A stretch of 64,000 nucleotides of DNA from Deltaproteobacteria bacterium (GCA_028695735.1 JAQVIJ010000001.1:582447-646446); one strand, 5' to 3'. Shown: positions 56,261-64,000, counted from the first letter of the stretch. Made by a program: numbers and translations. The notes: generated from the letters alone by a model not told the origin.

Positions 56261-57601
56261 ATGAAGAGACTTCTATCAGTTATGGCTGTGAGTGCTGTGG
56301 TGGCGGCGCCTCTGTTTGTAGGCGCGGCAGAGATGGGCAAGTTCAAGTATGACGACTTTCAAAAACCCACTGACTGTGGCATGTGCCATACAGAGATATA
56401 TCAGGAGTGGAAGCAGGCCATGATGTCCCAGTCTTTTACCCATGAGTGGGATGAGGTGGAGTACTTCAAGTTGGCCCTGCCTCATTCTCAAAAATTGGAG
56501 AAGGTCTCTGGCGTAAAGGGGGGGTGTGTCGCCTGCCATGGGCCGCTGGCCTTTTTGTCAGGTGATATTCCGCCCAAGCCCGTAAAGGCCGGAACGCGCG
56601 CCAACGAAGGTGTCTCCTGCGAGATATGCCATAACATCACAGGCTCCACCGAGCAGACGCCCTTTAACTTCAGCTTTGTGATTCAGCCAGGGGATGTAAA
56701 GCAGGGGCCCAGAAAGGATGTGAAGTCTCCGGGCCATGGCGTGAATTTCTCTGAGTTTACTCGCAGTCCTGAGCTCTGTGCCACCTGTCACGATGAGCAG
56801 AGCCCTTACGGGGCATGGGTCAAGGAGACCTATCGGGAATGGAAGGCAGGCCCTTACAGCAAAGAAGGTGTGCGTTGTCAGGACTGCCACATGTATCGGG
56901 CGCCTGGCGTGCCTGGCATGGGTGGTCAGGAGCGCCCTGACATGGCGCATCACACCTTTCATGGCAGCCACTTCCCCAGCAAGCTGGCAGGGGCCATTGA
57001 TCTGGCCCTCTATGCAGAAGAGGATGAGGTGTCGCCTGGTAAGGGCCTCACAGTGCGTTCAGAGCTCTTTAACGGCAAGGCAGGGCATTATGTGCCATCC
57101 GGTTCCACTGAGGAGCGCATGCTCTGGTTAGAGGTGTGGCTCACCGATGCCAAAGGCAAAAGATATGCCTTAAAGGTGCAGCCCAAGGGCTTTAAGGGTG
57201 AGGAATACACGGTGGCTGATTCCAAGGCCATGGCCTATCAGGACATAGGTGAGATCATGGACCTGGCTAACTTTAAGGGCCTGAAGCGGGACGGCAATGT
57301 GCCCGATGGCTCCCGTATCTTTAGGCGCCCGTTCTTCAATCCCAAGGGCGAGATGACCGTAGCCCAGTGGTATACTGCCAAAAACGATGTGGTGGACTAT
57401 CGCATAGGGCCTCGTGAGACCAAGATTGAACACTTTAAGCTGGAACTGCCCAAGGATGTGGCAAAGGGCCAGGCCACTGTGACGGCACGGCTCCTCTATA
57501 GCCAGATTCCCAGTTCTGTAGGTGAGTTTTTCAAGCTCTCCAAGGAGGAATACGCCCCCATTTTGGTCAATGAGGCCAGAGTGATGGTGAATGTAAAATA
57601 G
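56261..57601 (+). CDS. Secreted pentahaem c-type cytochrome (paralogue of the Sec-cytochrome at 23734)
   Basis: 446 aa. Signal peptide ([10 protein letters not shown]) and five CXXCH motifs (CGMCH, CVACH, CEICH, CATCH, CQDCH). The conserved motif is [22 protein letters not shown], followed by a C-terminal non-haem domain. Confidence 0.8.
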   Translation: MKRLLSVMAVSAVVAAPLFVGAAEMGKFKYDDFQKPTDCGMCHTEIYQEWKQAMMSQSFTHEWDEVEYFKLALPHSQKLEKVSGVKGGCVACHGPLAFLSGDIPPKPVKAGTRANEGVSCEICHNITGSTEQTPFNFSFVIQPGDVKQGPRKDVKSPGHGVNFSEFTRSPELCATCHDEQSPYGAWVKETYREWKAGPYSKEGVRCQDCHMYRAPGVPGMGGQERPDMAHHTFHGSHFPSKLAGAIDLALYAEEDEVSPGKGLTVRSELFNGKAGHYVPSGSTEERMLWLEVWLTDAKGKRYALKVQPKGFKGEEYTVADSKAMAYQDIGEIMDLANFKGLKRDGNVPDGSRIFRRPFFNPKGEMTVAQWYTAKNDVVDYRIGPRETKIEHFKLELPKDVAKGQATVTARLLYSQIPSSVGEFFKLSKEEYAPILVNEARVMVNVK

Positions 57602-57616
57602 TTGTTACAAAAGGCA

Positions 57617-57645
57617 CTTCGGCCTGTCTTTGGGGCAGGCCGAAG
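57617..57645 (+). other. Intra-operon 10-bp stem-loop between the cytochrome gene and dfx
   Basis: CTTCGGCCTG / CAGGCCGAAG with a 9-nt loop. No T-run follows. Confidence 0.5.
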
Positions 57646-57686
57646 CGAATTCAATCCCAAAACATACCTTGAAAGGAGGTATTCCA

Positions 57687-58061
57687 ATGACCGAAAGATT
57701 ACAGATTTACAAGTGTGAGATCTGTGGAAACATGGTGGAGATGGTGCATACAGGCGCGGGCCAGCTGGTCTGCTGTGGTCAGCCCATGAAGCTCATGACA
57801 GAAAATACAGTGGATGCGGCTAAGGAAAAGCATGTCCCTGTCATCGAAAAGGTAAGTGGCGGCTATAAGGTCAAGGTGGGCAGTGTAGCCCATCCCATGG
57901 AGGAAAAACACTACATCGAGTGGATCGAGCTCATTGCGGATGGCAAGGCATATAGGGAATTTTTGTCCCCTGGCCAGGCACCTGAGGCCTTTTTCTGCAT
58001 TCAGGCCGACACCGTGACCGCACGGGAGTTCTGCAATCTCCACGGTCTCTGGAAGGCATAA
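57687..58061 (+). CDS. dfx: Desulfoferrodoxin (2Fe superoxide reductase)
   Basis: I trimmed the start to ATG 57687 (AGGAGG upstream). The N-terminal desulforedoxin motif is [27 protein letters not shown]. The neelaredoxin domain has [14 protein letters not shown] and a C..H site. Confidence 0.9.
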   Translation: MTERLQIYKCEICGNMVEMVHTGAGQLVCCGQPMKLMTENTVDAAKEKHVPVIEKVSGGYKVKVGSVAHPMEEKHYIEWIELIADGKAYREFLSPGQAPEAFFCIQADTVTAREFCNLHGLWKA

Positions 58062-58141
58062 AAGGGCGTTTTGTTGACAAGGCGGCGGCAGTTATCTGCC
58101 GCCATGTGAAATGGGGTTTTACCCATAAATAAGGAGTGCTT

Positions 58142-58663
58142 ATGTTGAGTCCTAAATTAGAAGAGGCATTAAATCAGCAAATAAACGCCGAATTGTATTC
58201 GGCATATCTATATTTTTCCATGGCAACCTATCTTTCTTCCATTGATTTGGCCGGCTGTGCCCATTGGATGCATGCCCAGACGCAGGAGGAGCTGCTTCAT
58301 TCCTCCAAGATGTATGAGTATGTAAATGAGCGAGGCGGCCGCGTGGTTTTGAATGCAATAAAGGCCCCCAAGACTCAATGGGCCTCCCCCCTTGAGGTGT
58401 TTGAAGACGCCTATCGGCATGAGCAGCATGTGACGAGCCTCATAAATAGCCTCATGGAGTTGGCTATCTCAGAAAAGGACCACGCCACTCAGATCTTTTT
58501 GCAGTGGTTTGTCTCCGAACAGGTGGAGGAAGAGGCCTCTGCCAATGGTGTGGTGCAGCGTATGAAGCTGGCTCAGGCCTCGCCTGGCGGGCTTTTTATG
58601 ATAGACAAGGAGTTATCCACTCGTCCCGTGCCTTTTGTCCTGGCAACAGCCAATAAGGCCTAA
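58142..58663 (+). CDS. ftn: Ferritin (non-haem, Ftn-type)
   Basis: 173 aa from ATG 58142 (AAGGAG 5 nt upstream). Ferroxidase residues sit in NAELYSAYLY, EELLHSSK and QWFVSEQVEEE. Confidence 0.9.
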   Translation: MLSPKLEEALNQQINAELYSAYLYFSMATYLSSIDLAGCAHWMHAQTQEELLHSSKMYEYVNERGGRVVLNAIKAPKTQWASPLEVFEDAYRHEQHVTSLINSLMELAISEKDHATQIFLQWFVSEQVEEEASANGVVQRMKLAQASPGGLFMIDKELSTRPVPFVLATANKA

Positions 58664-58686
58664 GAATTTATTGAAGGAGATTTTAT

Positions 58687-59082
58687 ATGAGCAGACCTGA
58701 AGATATGTGGCAGTGTCAGACCATCAATTGCGGTTACATCTATGACCCTGACAGAGGTGATAGAAAGGGCAAGATTCCCAAGGGGACCCGCTTTGAGGAC
58801 CTCCCCGATGACTGGAAGTGCCCTGTATGTGGGGCGGGTAAGTCCATGTTCAGGCCATTGGCCGGCCCTGGCTCGGTGATGGAGCGGGATAAACAGGAAA
58901 CTGTGGCCCCACAGGCCGATGCAGGTCCTAAGTATAGATGCAATGTCTGCGGCTATATCTATGACCCGGCGGTGGGGGATGCCTCACAGGGTGTGGCGCC
59001 TGGCACTGCCTTTGAGGCACTGCCTGAAAATTGGAAGTGCCCTGTGTGTGGCGCAAGCAAGGAGGAGTTTGAGGAGATCTGA
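58687..59082 (+). CDS. Tandem rubredoxin (CX4C-type domain plus canonical CX2C domain)
   Basis: 131 aa. Domain 1 is [14 protein letters not shown]...WKCPVCG, with four residues between the first Cys pair. Domain 2 is [12 protein letters not shown]...WKCPVCG. Confidence 0.85.
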   Translation: MSRPEDMWQCQTINCGYIYDPDRGDRKGKIPKGTRFEDLPDDWKCPVCGAGKSMFRPLAGPGSVMERDKQETVAPQADAGPKYRCNVCGYIYDPAVGDASQGVAPGTAFEALPENWKCPVCGASKEEFEEI

Positions 59083-59083
59083 C

Positions 59084-59437
59084 ATGACGGCCCAACGAAC
59101 GGTTATATTTGCGTTTAAGGGAGAGCCCATGTGTTTTATACATGTGCTTTTAAATGCCTTGGACATGCAGAATAAGGGCATGGCATGTGAGGTCGTTATA
59201 GAGGGTGAGGCCACCAAACTCCTGCCTGAACTGGAGCAACCATCCCATTTTTTGCATGACCTTTATACACAGGTCAAGACAAAGGGTCTGATAACGGCTG
59301 TGTGTAAGGCCTGTTCCAAGAAGATGGGGGTCCTTGAGCAGATTCAGGCCTTGAGTCTGCCTTTAAGTGACGAGATGTCAGGACACCCTTCCATGGCCAG
59401 GTTTATTTCACAGGGTTTTCATGTGATTGTAATGTAA
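59084..59437 (+). CDS. DsrE/DsrF-like (DrsE_2) small protein
   Basis: 117 aa, starting 1 nt after the rubredoxin stop. The pattern is VIFAFKGEPMCFIHVLLNAL...VVIEGEATKL...ITAVCKAC. Confidence 0.5.
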   Translation: MTAQRTVIFAFKGEPMCFIHVLLNALDMQNKGMACEVVIEGEATKLLPELEQPSHFLHDLYTQVKTKGLITAVCKACSKKMGVLEQIQALSLPLSDEMSGHPSMARFISQGFHVIVM

Positions 59438-59465
59438 TTTTACGTAAAAAAGGAGCAAAAAGGCA

Positions 59466-60662
59466 ATGATTACAGAGATCAAGAAGGATATCTATTGGGT
59501 GGGCGCCATTGATTGGACCATCAGGGACTTTCACGGCTACTCCACCTATGAAGGCACCACTTATAACGCCTATCTCTTGAAGGACGAGAAGACGGTACTC
59601 TTTGACACGGTGAAGAAGTCCAAGATGAGTGACCTGGTGCACCATATCCGTTCCCTTACCGATCCTCAAAAGATAGACTATATCGTGGTAAACCATGTGG
59701 AGATGGATCACTCAGGTTCATTGCCTGAGATGATAGACCTCATCAAGCCTGAGAAGGTGATCTGTTCCAGCATGGGCAAAAAGGCCCTGTTGGACCACTT
59801 TCATCGAGAGGATTGGCCCTATGAGGTGGTAGCGCCGGGTCAGGTGATCAGCGTGGGCAAGCGTTCCATTCAGTTCATCGAGACCCGTATGCTGCACTGG
59901 CCTGACAGCATGTTTTCTTATATTCCAGAGGAAAAGCTCCTCATCTCCAGCGATGCCTTCGGCGAACACTGGGCCACCAGCGAACGCTTTGACGACGAGG
60001 TGGACTTCACCACCTTGATGCAGCACAATGCCAAGTATTATGCCAACATACTGCTGCTCTACTCACCCCTGGTCGCTAAGCTCATCGAAAATGTGAAAAA
60101 GCTCGGCCTTCAGATCGATATGATCGCCCCTGACCACGGCCTCATCAAGCGTAAACATGTGGCCGAGATCCTGCAGGCATATGCAGACTGGGCCAACCAC
60201 AAGGCCAAGAAAAAGGCGGTGGTGGTCTATGACACCATGTGGCACAGCACAGAGATGATGGCCAAGGCAGTGGCGGACGGCCTCATGCGTGAGGGCGTGA
60301 GCGTAAAGCTCATGGACCTGCAGGTCTGCCACAGAAGCGATGTGATGACAGAGGTCCTGGACGCCAAGGCGGTTGTCCTGGGCTGTCCGACCCTGAACAA
60401 CGGCCTGCTGCCACGCATGGCGGGCTTTCTCATGTATATGCGGGGGCTTAAGCCAGGCGGAAAGATCGGCGCTGCCTTTGGTTCCTATGGCTGGAGCGGC
60501 GAGGCGGTGAAGCTCATGAACCAGGCCATGGAGGAGATGAAGTTCGATATCGTGCACGAGGGGATTCGCGTAAAATATGTCCCTGTGCACGAAAACCTCA
60601 AGGAATGCGTGGAATTGGGCAAAAAGGTCGGACAGGCTGTAAAGGCCGCTTTAGGAGAGTAA
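59466..60662 (+). CDS. Flavodiiron protein (rubredoxin:oxygen oxidoreductase / FprA type)
   Basis: 398 aa. Metallo-beta-lactamase-like diiron motif NHVEMDHSGS and a C-terminal flavodoxin domain (VVVYDTMWHSTE..., GCPTLNNG). Confidence 0.9.
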   Translation: MITEIKKDIYWVGAIDWTIRDFHGYSTYEGTTYNAYLLKDEKTVLFDTVKKSKMSDLVHHIRSLTDPQKIDYIVVNHVEMDHSGSLPEMIDLIKPEKVICSSMGKKALLDHFHREDWPYEVVAPGQVISVGKRSIQFIETRMLHWPDSMFSYIPEEKLLISSDAFGEHWATSERFDDEVDFTTLMQHNAKYYANILLLYSPLVAKLIENVKKLGLQIDMIAPDHGLIKRKHVAEILQAYADWANHKAKKKAVVVYDTMWHSTEMMAKAVADGLMREGVSVKLMDLQVCHRSDVMTEVLDAKAVVLGCPTLNNGLLPRMAGFLMYMRGLKPGGKIGAAFGSYGWSGEAVKLMNQAMEEMKFDIVHEGIRVKYVPVHENLKECVELGKKVGQAVKAALGE

Positions 60663-60997
60663 TGCCTATGCGTATCAATATAGACAAAAATGTGGTGGAA
60701 TTTATTCCTGAAAATCAGCAGGAGACCGCCTCCTTGGAGGTGCTTTGGCGCATGGTCTTGGACTGTGCCGGCGGCAACAACAAGAGTTTGAGCCCCATCG
60801 GCGAGTATGTGCCACAAAAGGAGAACCTGGCTCGCTTTGTGATAGAGGGGGCTGCCGGCGGAAAGACCGTGTTTTCCGAGATGGTATCTGAGGCAGAGTG
60901 CACCTACCTTTGCACCATCTGTAATAAATATATCCATATACATGTAGGGCAGGCCATTCCATACTGTTGTGGGCGCCTGATGGAGCCTGTGGATTAA
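60662..60997 (+). CDS. Hypothetical protein with a C-terminal desulforedoxin-like Cys4 domain
   Basis: 111 aa. The ATG overlaps the FDP stop (TAATG). The C-terminus YLCTICNKYIHIHVGQAIPYCCGRLMEP parallels the Dx motif of dfx in this window (YKCEICGN...VCCGQPM). The N-terminal ~75 aa has no motif I recognise. Confidence 0.55.
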   Translation: MPMRINIDKNVVEFIPENQQETASLEVLWRMVLDCAGGNNKSLSPIGEYVPQKENLARFVIEGAAGGKTVFSEMVSEAECTYLCTICNKYIHIHVGQAIPYCCGRLMEPVD

Positions 60998-61133
60998 ATG
61001 GGAAGACTAACAAAGTCGCAAGACTGCCTTTTACATTCCGATCAAGCAAGGTTCAAAGGGCATGTGGTGTTTTTAAGCGTCTTCTAATCTGGGCTTGGGG
61101 TCCCCGAAGGAAGATGAGTGGCCGGTGTTTGTG

Positions 61134-61186
61134 TTTGTGGAATAGACGCCACGAGGGCGCTGGCCACACATTACCGTCATAAAAGG
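61134..61186. repeat. Left copy of a ~53-bp inverted repeat pair flanking the 61319-63699 gene pair
   Basis: TTTGTGGAATAGACGCCACGAGGGCGCTGGCCACACATTACCGTCATAAAAGG is about 80% identical to the reverse complement of 63739-63792. Confidence 0.7.
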
Positions 61187-61195
61187 TGGTTATAT

Positions 61196-61232
61196 GTCGA
61201 AGCAATCTCCCGTTTTCAAGGGGATTGCTTCG
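61196..61232. repeat. 13-bp-stem hairpin element (CGAAGCAATCTCCC...GGGGATTGCTTCG) followed by GCTTCGCTCGCAATGAC
   Basis: The long imperfect inverted repeat is visible in the sequence. Its reverse strand translates to the SLRAKRSNP-type spurious peptide seen in ORF 61053..61265. Confidence 0.6.
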
Positions 61233-61318
61233 CTTCGCTCGCAATGACACCAAACTCATCGTCAAGCCAGGATCGCACTTAAGAGATTGCCTTTAATCGC
61301 CCAAAAACAAAATTTGTT

Positions 61319-61885
61319 ATGGCCAAATTCAGACACCTTTCCCATCAGCACATCAAAAAGGCCTTTTTGACTCAGGGGGTTGAGGAGTTGCTGGCTCAAT
61401 TGTCGGTTTTCCCCGTGAAAACTGCCCTTCATTCGGTGCTCTCCGCCCTCTATTCCACAGATGAAGCCGTTCGCTTCAAGTCAGTGACCCTCTTTGGCCT
61501 TTTGATGTCCAAATTGGCTCAAGAGGATATGGAGGCCGCCCGGCAGGTGATGCGCAGGCTGATGTGGAGCCTGAATGACGAATCCGGAGGTATCGGCTGG
61601 GGTGCACCCGAGGCCATGGCAGAGGCCATGGCCATGGACGCAGGTTTGGCACAGGAATATGCGCATATCCTGCTTTCCTATGTATGGGAGGAAGGGAACT
61701 ATTTGGAGTACCTACCCTTGAGACGAGGGGCGCTTAAGGGCATTGCCAGGCTTGCATGCGCCAGACCCCAGTTGTTAAATGCCCTTCAGGCACAGGAGCG
61801 CCTGCAACCATACCTAAATGATGCAGACGAGGAGTCCAGAGAGGCTGCTCAAAGCGGTCTTGCTTGTTTGAGACAGGCCAAATGA
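61319..61885 (+). CDS. Helical-repeat (HEAT/armadillo-like) hypothetical protein
   Basis: 188 aa, predicted all-alpha. No catalytic motif. The stop overlaps the start of the downstream sigma-54 activator (ATGA). Confidence 0.5.
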   Translation: MAKFRHLSHQHIKKAFLTQGVEELLAQLSVFPVKTALHSVLSALYSTDEAVRFKSVTLFGLLMSKLAQEDMEAARQVMRRLMWSLNDESGGIGWGAPEAMAEAMAMDAGLAQEYAHILLSYVWEEGNYLEYLPLRRGALKGIARLACARPQLLNALQAQERLQPYLNDADEESREAAQSGLACLRQAK

Positions 61886-63699
61886 AATCCATACTATTTT
61901 TTTCCTCAGACATGTTGTGTGCCGCCATGGCTGCTGCCATGGCCCATGCAAGGGCCACACAGGACCTGAAGATAGTGGCTGGCTGTGTTGGTAATCCTGT
62001 GATTACTCAGGAGATTCTGCAGTTCATGCGGCAGAAGGGGCTTAAAATCCCCTCCGATATTCTGAGCTTGGAGGATGTGGAGTCTCGCGTCTTTGACATC
62101 GTCATTCATGTAGGACGGGCAACTCTATCCCCTAAATTCTCAGGCAACCCCATTTTGGTGCAGTGGAATCTGAAGCAAGAGGCTGGTTACACAGAAGGGT
62201 GCTGTGGCGCCCTTTACTCCCCACTAAATGAACTGGTGACGCACCTCTTTGAGGAGGGTTATCTTGCCGCCCTGCTTCAGGCCAGAAGAAACCTCTTTTT
62301 GATTCTGGATAACCTGCGTGAGGGCATCATGGCCCATGACCTGAATCGTCGTATCTTTTATTTCAATAAGGCAGCAGAGGAAATAACGGGCTATAAAAAA
62401 GAAGAGGTGTTGGGCAGGGACTGCCACGAGGTATTTCCCAATAAGTTTTGCGGCAAGAGTTGTGGATTTTGTAATGGAATAAACAAGATACCCCTCTCTC
62501 CCTACTCTTATGACATCTCGGTTCAGACCAAGGACGGTAGCCAGAAGCGCCTTGGCATGTCTGTGGTGCCCATCTTTGCCTTTGAAGGCGAGGAGAAAAA
62601 GACAGAGGAGGTCTTGGGGGTGCTGGCCACCTTTGTGGACAATACTCGGGAGTTTGAGTTGTCTTCCCGTTTGGGGGAATTGAAGGAGTTTGCAGGTATA
62701 GTGGGCAATTCACCTGCCATGCTGGAACTCTATGAGATCATCAGGGATGTGGCCAATAGTGACATACCGGTTTTGATACAAGGGGAGTCTGGAACAGGCA
62801 AGGAACTGGTGGCTGCTGCCATACATAACGAGAGCCACAGGAGTCAACACCTCTTTGTGCCGGTCAATTGTGCGGCACTGCCCGACAGCCTGCTGGAGAG
62901 TGAGCTCTTTGGCCATGTAAAAGGTGCCTTTACCGGTGCCATTCGTGACAAAAAGGGGAGGTTTGAGTTGGCCGACGGCGGCACCCTTTTTTTGGACGAG
63001 ATAGGCGATATCAGCCCTGCCATGCAGGCCAAGCTTTTGCGAGTCTTGCAGGACGGGGTATTTGAGCGTGTGGGCGGCGAAAAGAGCATTCGAGTGAATG
63101 TGCGCATCATCTCAGCCACCAACAAGGACCTGCGAGAGGAGGTGAAGGCAGGCCGATTCAGGGAGGACCTGTTTTATCGCATCTGTGTCATGCCCATTTG
63201 GCTTCCTCCCCTGCGAGAGCGTGCTGCGGATATCCCGCTCCTGGTGGAACACCTGCTGGAACGCATCAAAAAGACCAGCTCCCTTGCCTATGAGCCGTCT
63301 GTTACTCATGAGGTTATGGATATCTTTTTGCAATATCACTGGCCTGGAAATGTGAGGGAGTTGATGAACTGCCTGCAGTATGCTGTGGTGCGGGCACGAG
63401 GCAGGGCTATGGAGCCTCAGCACCTGCCGTCGGCCATTTTATCTGCGCTGAAAGATTCAGGGCCCATGTCTGTGCAAGCCAGACCATTCAACACATCAGG
63501 CCAGCCTTTGGAAAGGAGACTCAAAGGAAATGAGTCTTTATTCCTGCGGCCCCGCACCTCCATTGTAACACCTCAACGAATTCAAGAGGCCTTGCAAAGG
63601 TTCAATGGCAACAGGACATTGGCGGCCAAGGCCCTTGGAGTCAGTCGCGCAACCTTTTATCGCCTGTTAAACAAATATGACTCAACATTTCGCGATTGA
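61882..63699 (+). CDS. Sigma-54-dependent transcriptional activator with a degenerate LMW-PTP/ArsC-like N-domain and a Cys-rich PAS domain
   Basis: 605 aa from ATG 61882. The N-domain ILFFSSDMLCAAMAAAM aligns to the CX5R P-loop of LMW phosphatases but lacks the Cys and the Arg. The PAS domain has CHEVFPNKFCGKSCGFC. The AAA+ domain has GESGTGKE and GAFTGA. A C-terminal HTH follows. Confidence 0.8.
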   Translation: MKSILFFSSDMLCAAMAAAMAHARATQDLKIVAGCVGNPVITQEILQFMRQKGLKIPSDILSLEDVESRVFDIVIHVGRATLSPKFSGNPILVQWNLKQEAGYTEGCCGALYSPLNELVTHLFEEGYLAALLQARRNLFLILDNLREGIMAHDLNRRIFYFNKAAEEITGYKKEEVLGRDCHEVFPNKFCGKSCGFCNGINKIPLSPYSYDISVQTKDGSQKRLGMSVVPIFAFEGEEKKTEEVLGVLATFVDNTREFELSSRLGELKEFAGIVGNSPAMLELYEIIRDVANSDIPVLIQGESGTGKELVAAAIHNESHRSQHLFVPVNCAALPDSLLESELFGHVKGAFTGAIRDKKGRFELADGGTLFLDEIGDISPAMQAKLLRVLQDGVFERVGGEKSIRVNVRIISATNKDLREEVKAGRFREDLFYRICVMPIWLPPLRERAADIPLLVEHLLERIKKTSSLAYEPSVTHEVMDIFLQYHWPGNVRELMNCLQYAVVRARGRAMEPQHLPSAILSALKDSGPMSVQARPFNTSGQPLERRLKGNESLFLRPRTSIVTPQRIQEALQRFNGNRTLAAKALGVSRATFYRLLNKYDSTFRD

Positions 63700-63738
63700 A
63701 TTGGCCAGAAGACAATAACCCCTTTCCACATTAACTGC

Positions 63739-63792
63739 CCTTCATGGCGGGGAATGTGTGGCCGGCGCCCTTCACAGCGCCTATTCTACAAA
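63739..63792. repeat. Right copy of the inverted repeat pair
   Basis: CCTTCATGGCGGGGAATGTGTGGCCGGCGCCCTTCACAGCGCCTATTCTACAAA is the reverse complement counterpart of 61134-61186. Confidence 0.7.
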
Positions 63793-64000
63793 TACTTCAC
63801 CGCTGCCGCCCAAGAAGTCTCATAGATCTTTTTTGTTTTTCAGATTCAATCGTGGATTTTAGGATTGAACGCCGGAGAATGTGCCTTTTGGTGCATATAA
63901 CTATTGATTATCAAAAATAATTCTTTTTTTCACAAGAATCTTTTTATTTGTATCAATGAATGACAATTCATTTTTTTCTTGACATTCCTGCAATCACCAT

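Overview
This 64-kb chromosomal window appears to come from an anaerobic, selenocysteine-using bacterium. The gene content fits a sulfate-reducer-like member of Desulfobacterota: desulfoferrodoxin, rubrerythrin, a rubredoxin/flavodiiron (ROO-type) module, two different 2-oxoacid:ferredoxin oxidoreductases, several sigma-54 activators and multihaem cytochromes. I support about 62 protein genes and one tRNA (tRNA-Sec, anticodon UCA). I saw no rRNA, CRISPR array, transposase or integrase. Housekeeping genes include aroB, a DAHP synthase, pyrBC, eno, pyk, miaB, gmhA, kup, mgtA and comEC. Five things stand out. (1) A pentahaem cytochrome c gene (23734-25065) is interrupted by a single in-frame TGA that lies inside a motif conserved in a full-length paralogue. 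A stem-loop follows the TGA and selC lies 12 kb upstream, so I call it a candidate selenocysteine multihaem cytochrome. (2) A 6.6-kb single-strand O2/ROS-detoxification supercluster runs perR-rbr-prx-pentahaem cytochrome-dfx-ftn-tandem rubredoxin-DsrE-like-flavodiiron protein-desulforedoxin-like protein. It is followed by a sigma-54 activator module bracketed by inverted repeats. (3) An RsbR/S/T stressosome-like operon has no sigma-factor partner-switch genes. Its outputs are a fused HATPase-PP2C protein and a histidine-kinase-like ATPase whose phospho-His is replaced by Asp. (4) ROS genes are embedded in metabolic operons: tpx between korA and korB, and a fur-katG pair. (5) Families of G/C-tract hairpin and palindromic intergenic repeats occur at several loci. 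All functional calls rest on motif recognition by eye. No database search or RNA-folding computation was possible.
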